Origin: Macrostomum lignano
Lineage: Eukaryota
Reading direction: 5' to 3'
Assembly: GCA_002269645.1 (NCBI GenBank)
Contig: NIVC01000291.1
Span: forward strand, 372,001 to 436,000
Length of the DNA stretch: 64,000 nt
Shown here piece by piece: positions 63,340-64,000 of this stretch. Each line of letters opens with the position of its first letter. Positions within the stretch are counted from its first letter, which is position 1. The translations under genes and the position numbers were made by a program. Below the pieces are notes generated by a model. The model saw only the letters and a list, made by a program, of their open reading frames with translations. It was not told where the DNA came from and searched no databases.

Positions 63340-64000
63340 GGAGAGTCATGGCTAATGTGAGAGTCATGGCTCAAGTGAGAGTCATGGCTCAGGTGTTGAA
63401 GGCATAGCTCAGGTGAGAGTCATGGCTAAGGTGAGAGTTATGGCTCAGGTGTTGAAGGCATAGCTCAGGTGAGAGTCATGGCTAAGGTGAGAGTTATGGC
63501 TCAGGTGAGAGTCATGGCTCAGGTGTTGAAGGCATAGCTCAGGTGAGAGTCATGGCTCAGGTAGGAGAGTCATGGCTAAGGTGAGAGTCATGGCTCAGGT
63601 GAGAATCATGGCTCAGGTGTTGAAGGCATAGCTCAGGTGAGAGTCATGGCTAAGGTGAGAGTGAGTCATTGCTCAGGTGAGAGTCATGGCTAAGGTGAGA
63701 GTCATGGCTAAGGTGTGAAAGGCATAGCTCAGGTGAGAGTCATTGCTCAGGTAGGAGAGTCATGGCTAAGGTGAGAGTCATGGCTCAGGTGAGAATCATG
63801 GCTCAGGTGTTGAAGGCATAGCTCAGGTGAGAGTCATGGCTAAGGTGAGAGTGAGTCATTGCTCAGGTGAGAGTCATGGCTAAGGTGAGAGTCATGGCTA
63901 AGGTGTGAAAGGCATAGCTCAGGTGAGAGTCATTGCTCAGGTAGGAGAGTCATGGCTCAGGTGAGAGTCATGGCTCAGGTGAGAGTCATGGCTCAGAGTC
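63340..64000. repeat. 18-bp minisatellite (AGGTGAGAGTCATGGCTC variants)
   Basis: Tandem units running to the window end. Confidence 0.95.

Overview
Eukaryotic (animal) genomic DNA with GT-AG spliced genes, GC-rich exons and many introns carrying their own tandem repeats. This style suggests a free-living flatworm such as Macrostomum, but the taxon is an unverified inference. Genes reconstructed by hand from splice sites and reading phase: a GT32 (OCH1/SUR1-like) glycosyltransferase (-), a conventional protein kinase C (-), an intronless divergent alpha-tubulin (-), an orphan gene (+) whose last intron holds a Ty3/Gypsy retroelement (-), a DEG/ENaC N-terminal fragment (+), an orphan coiled-coil/beta-propeller-like gene (-), a 12-exon NRPS-like A-T-R-SDR enzyme (-) and a strawberry notch-like helicase (+, runs off the window). 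There are also two hAT-type MITEs of very different age and about 28 tandem arrays. The standout is the NRPS-like gene at 45246-52047. It has the domain order of the fungal glycine betaine reductase ATRR, all catalytic motifs are intact, and it is fully spliced, so it is a candidate animal betaine-to-choline (carboxylate-to-alcohol) reductase. Most long ORFs in the supplied track are artefacts of tandem repeats. Coordinates marked ~ are approximate.
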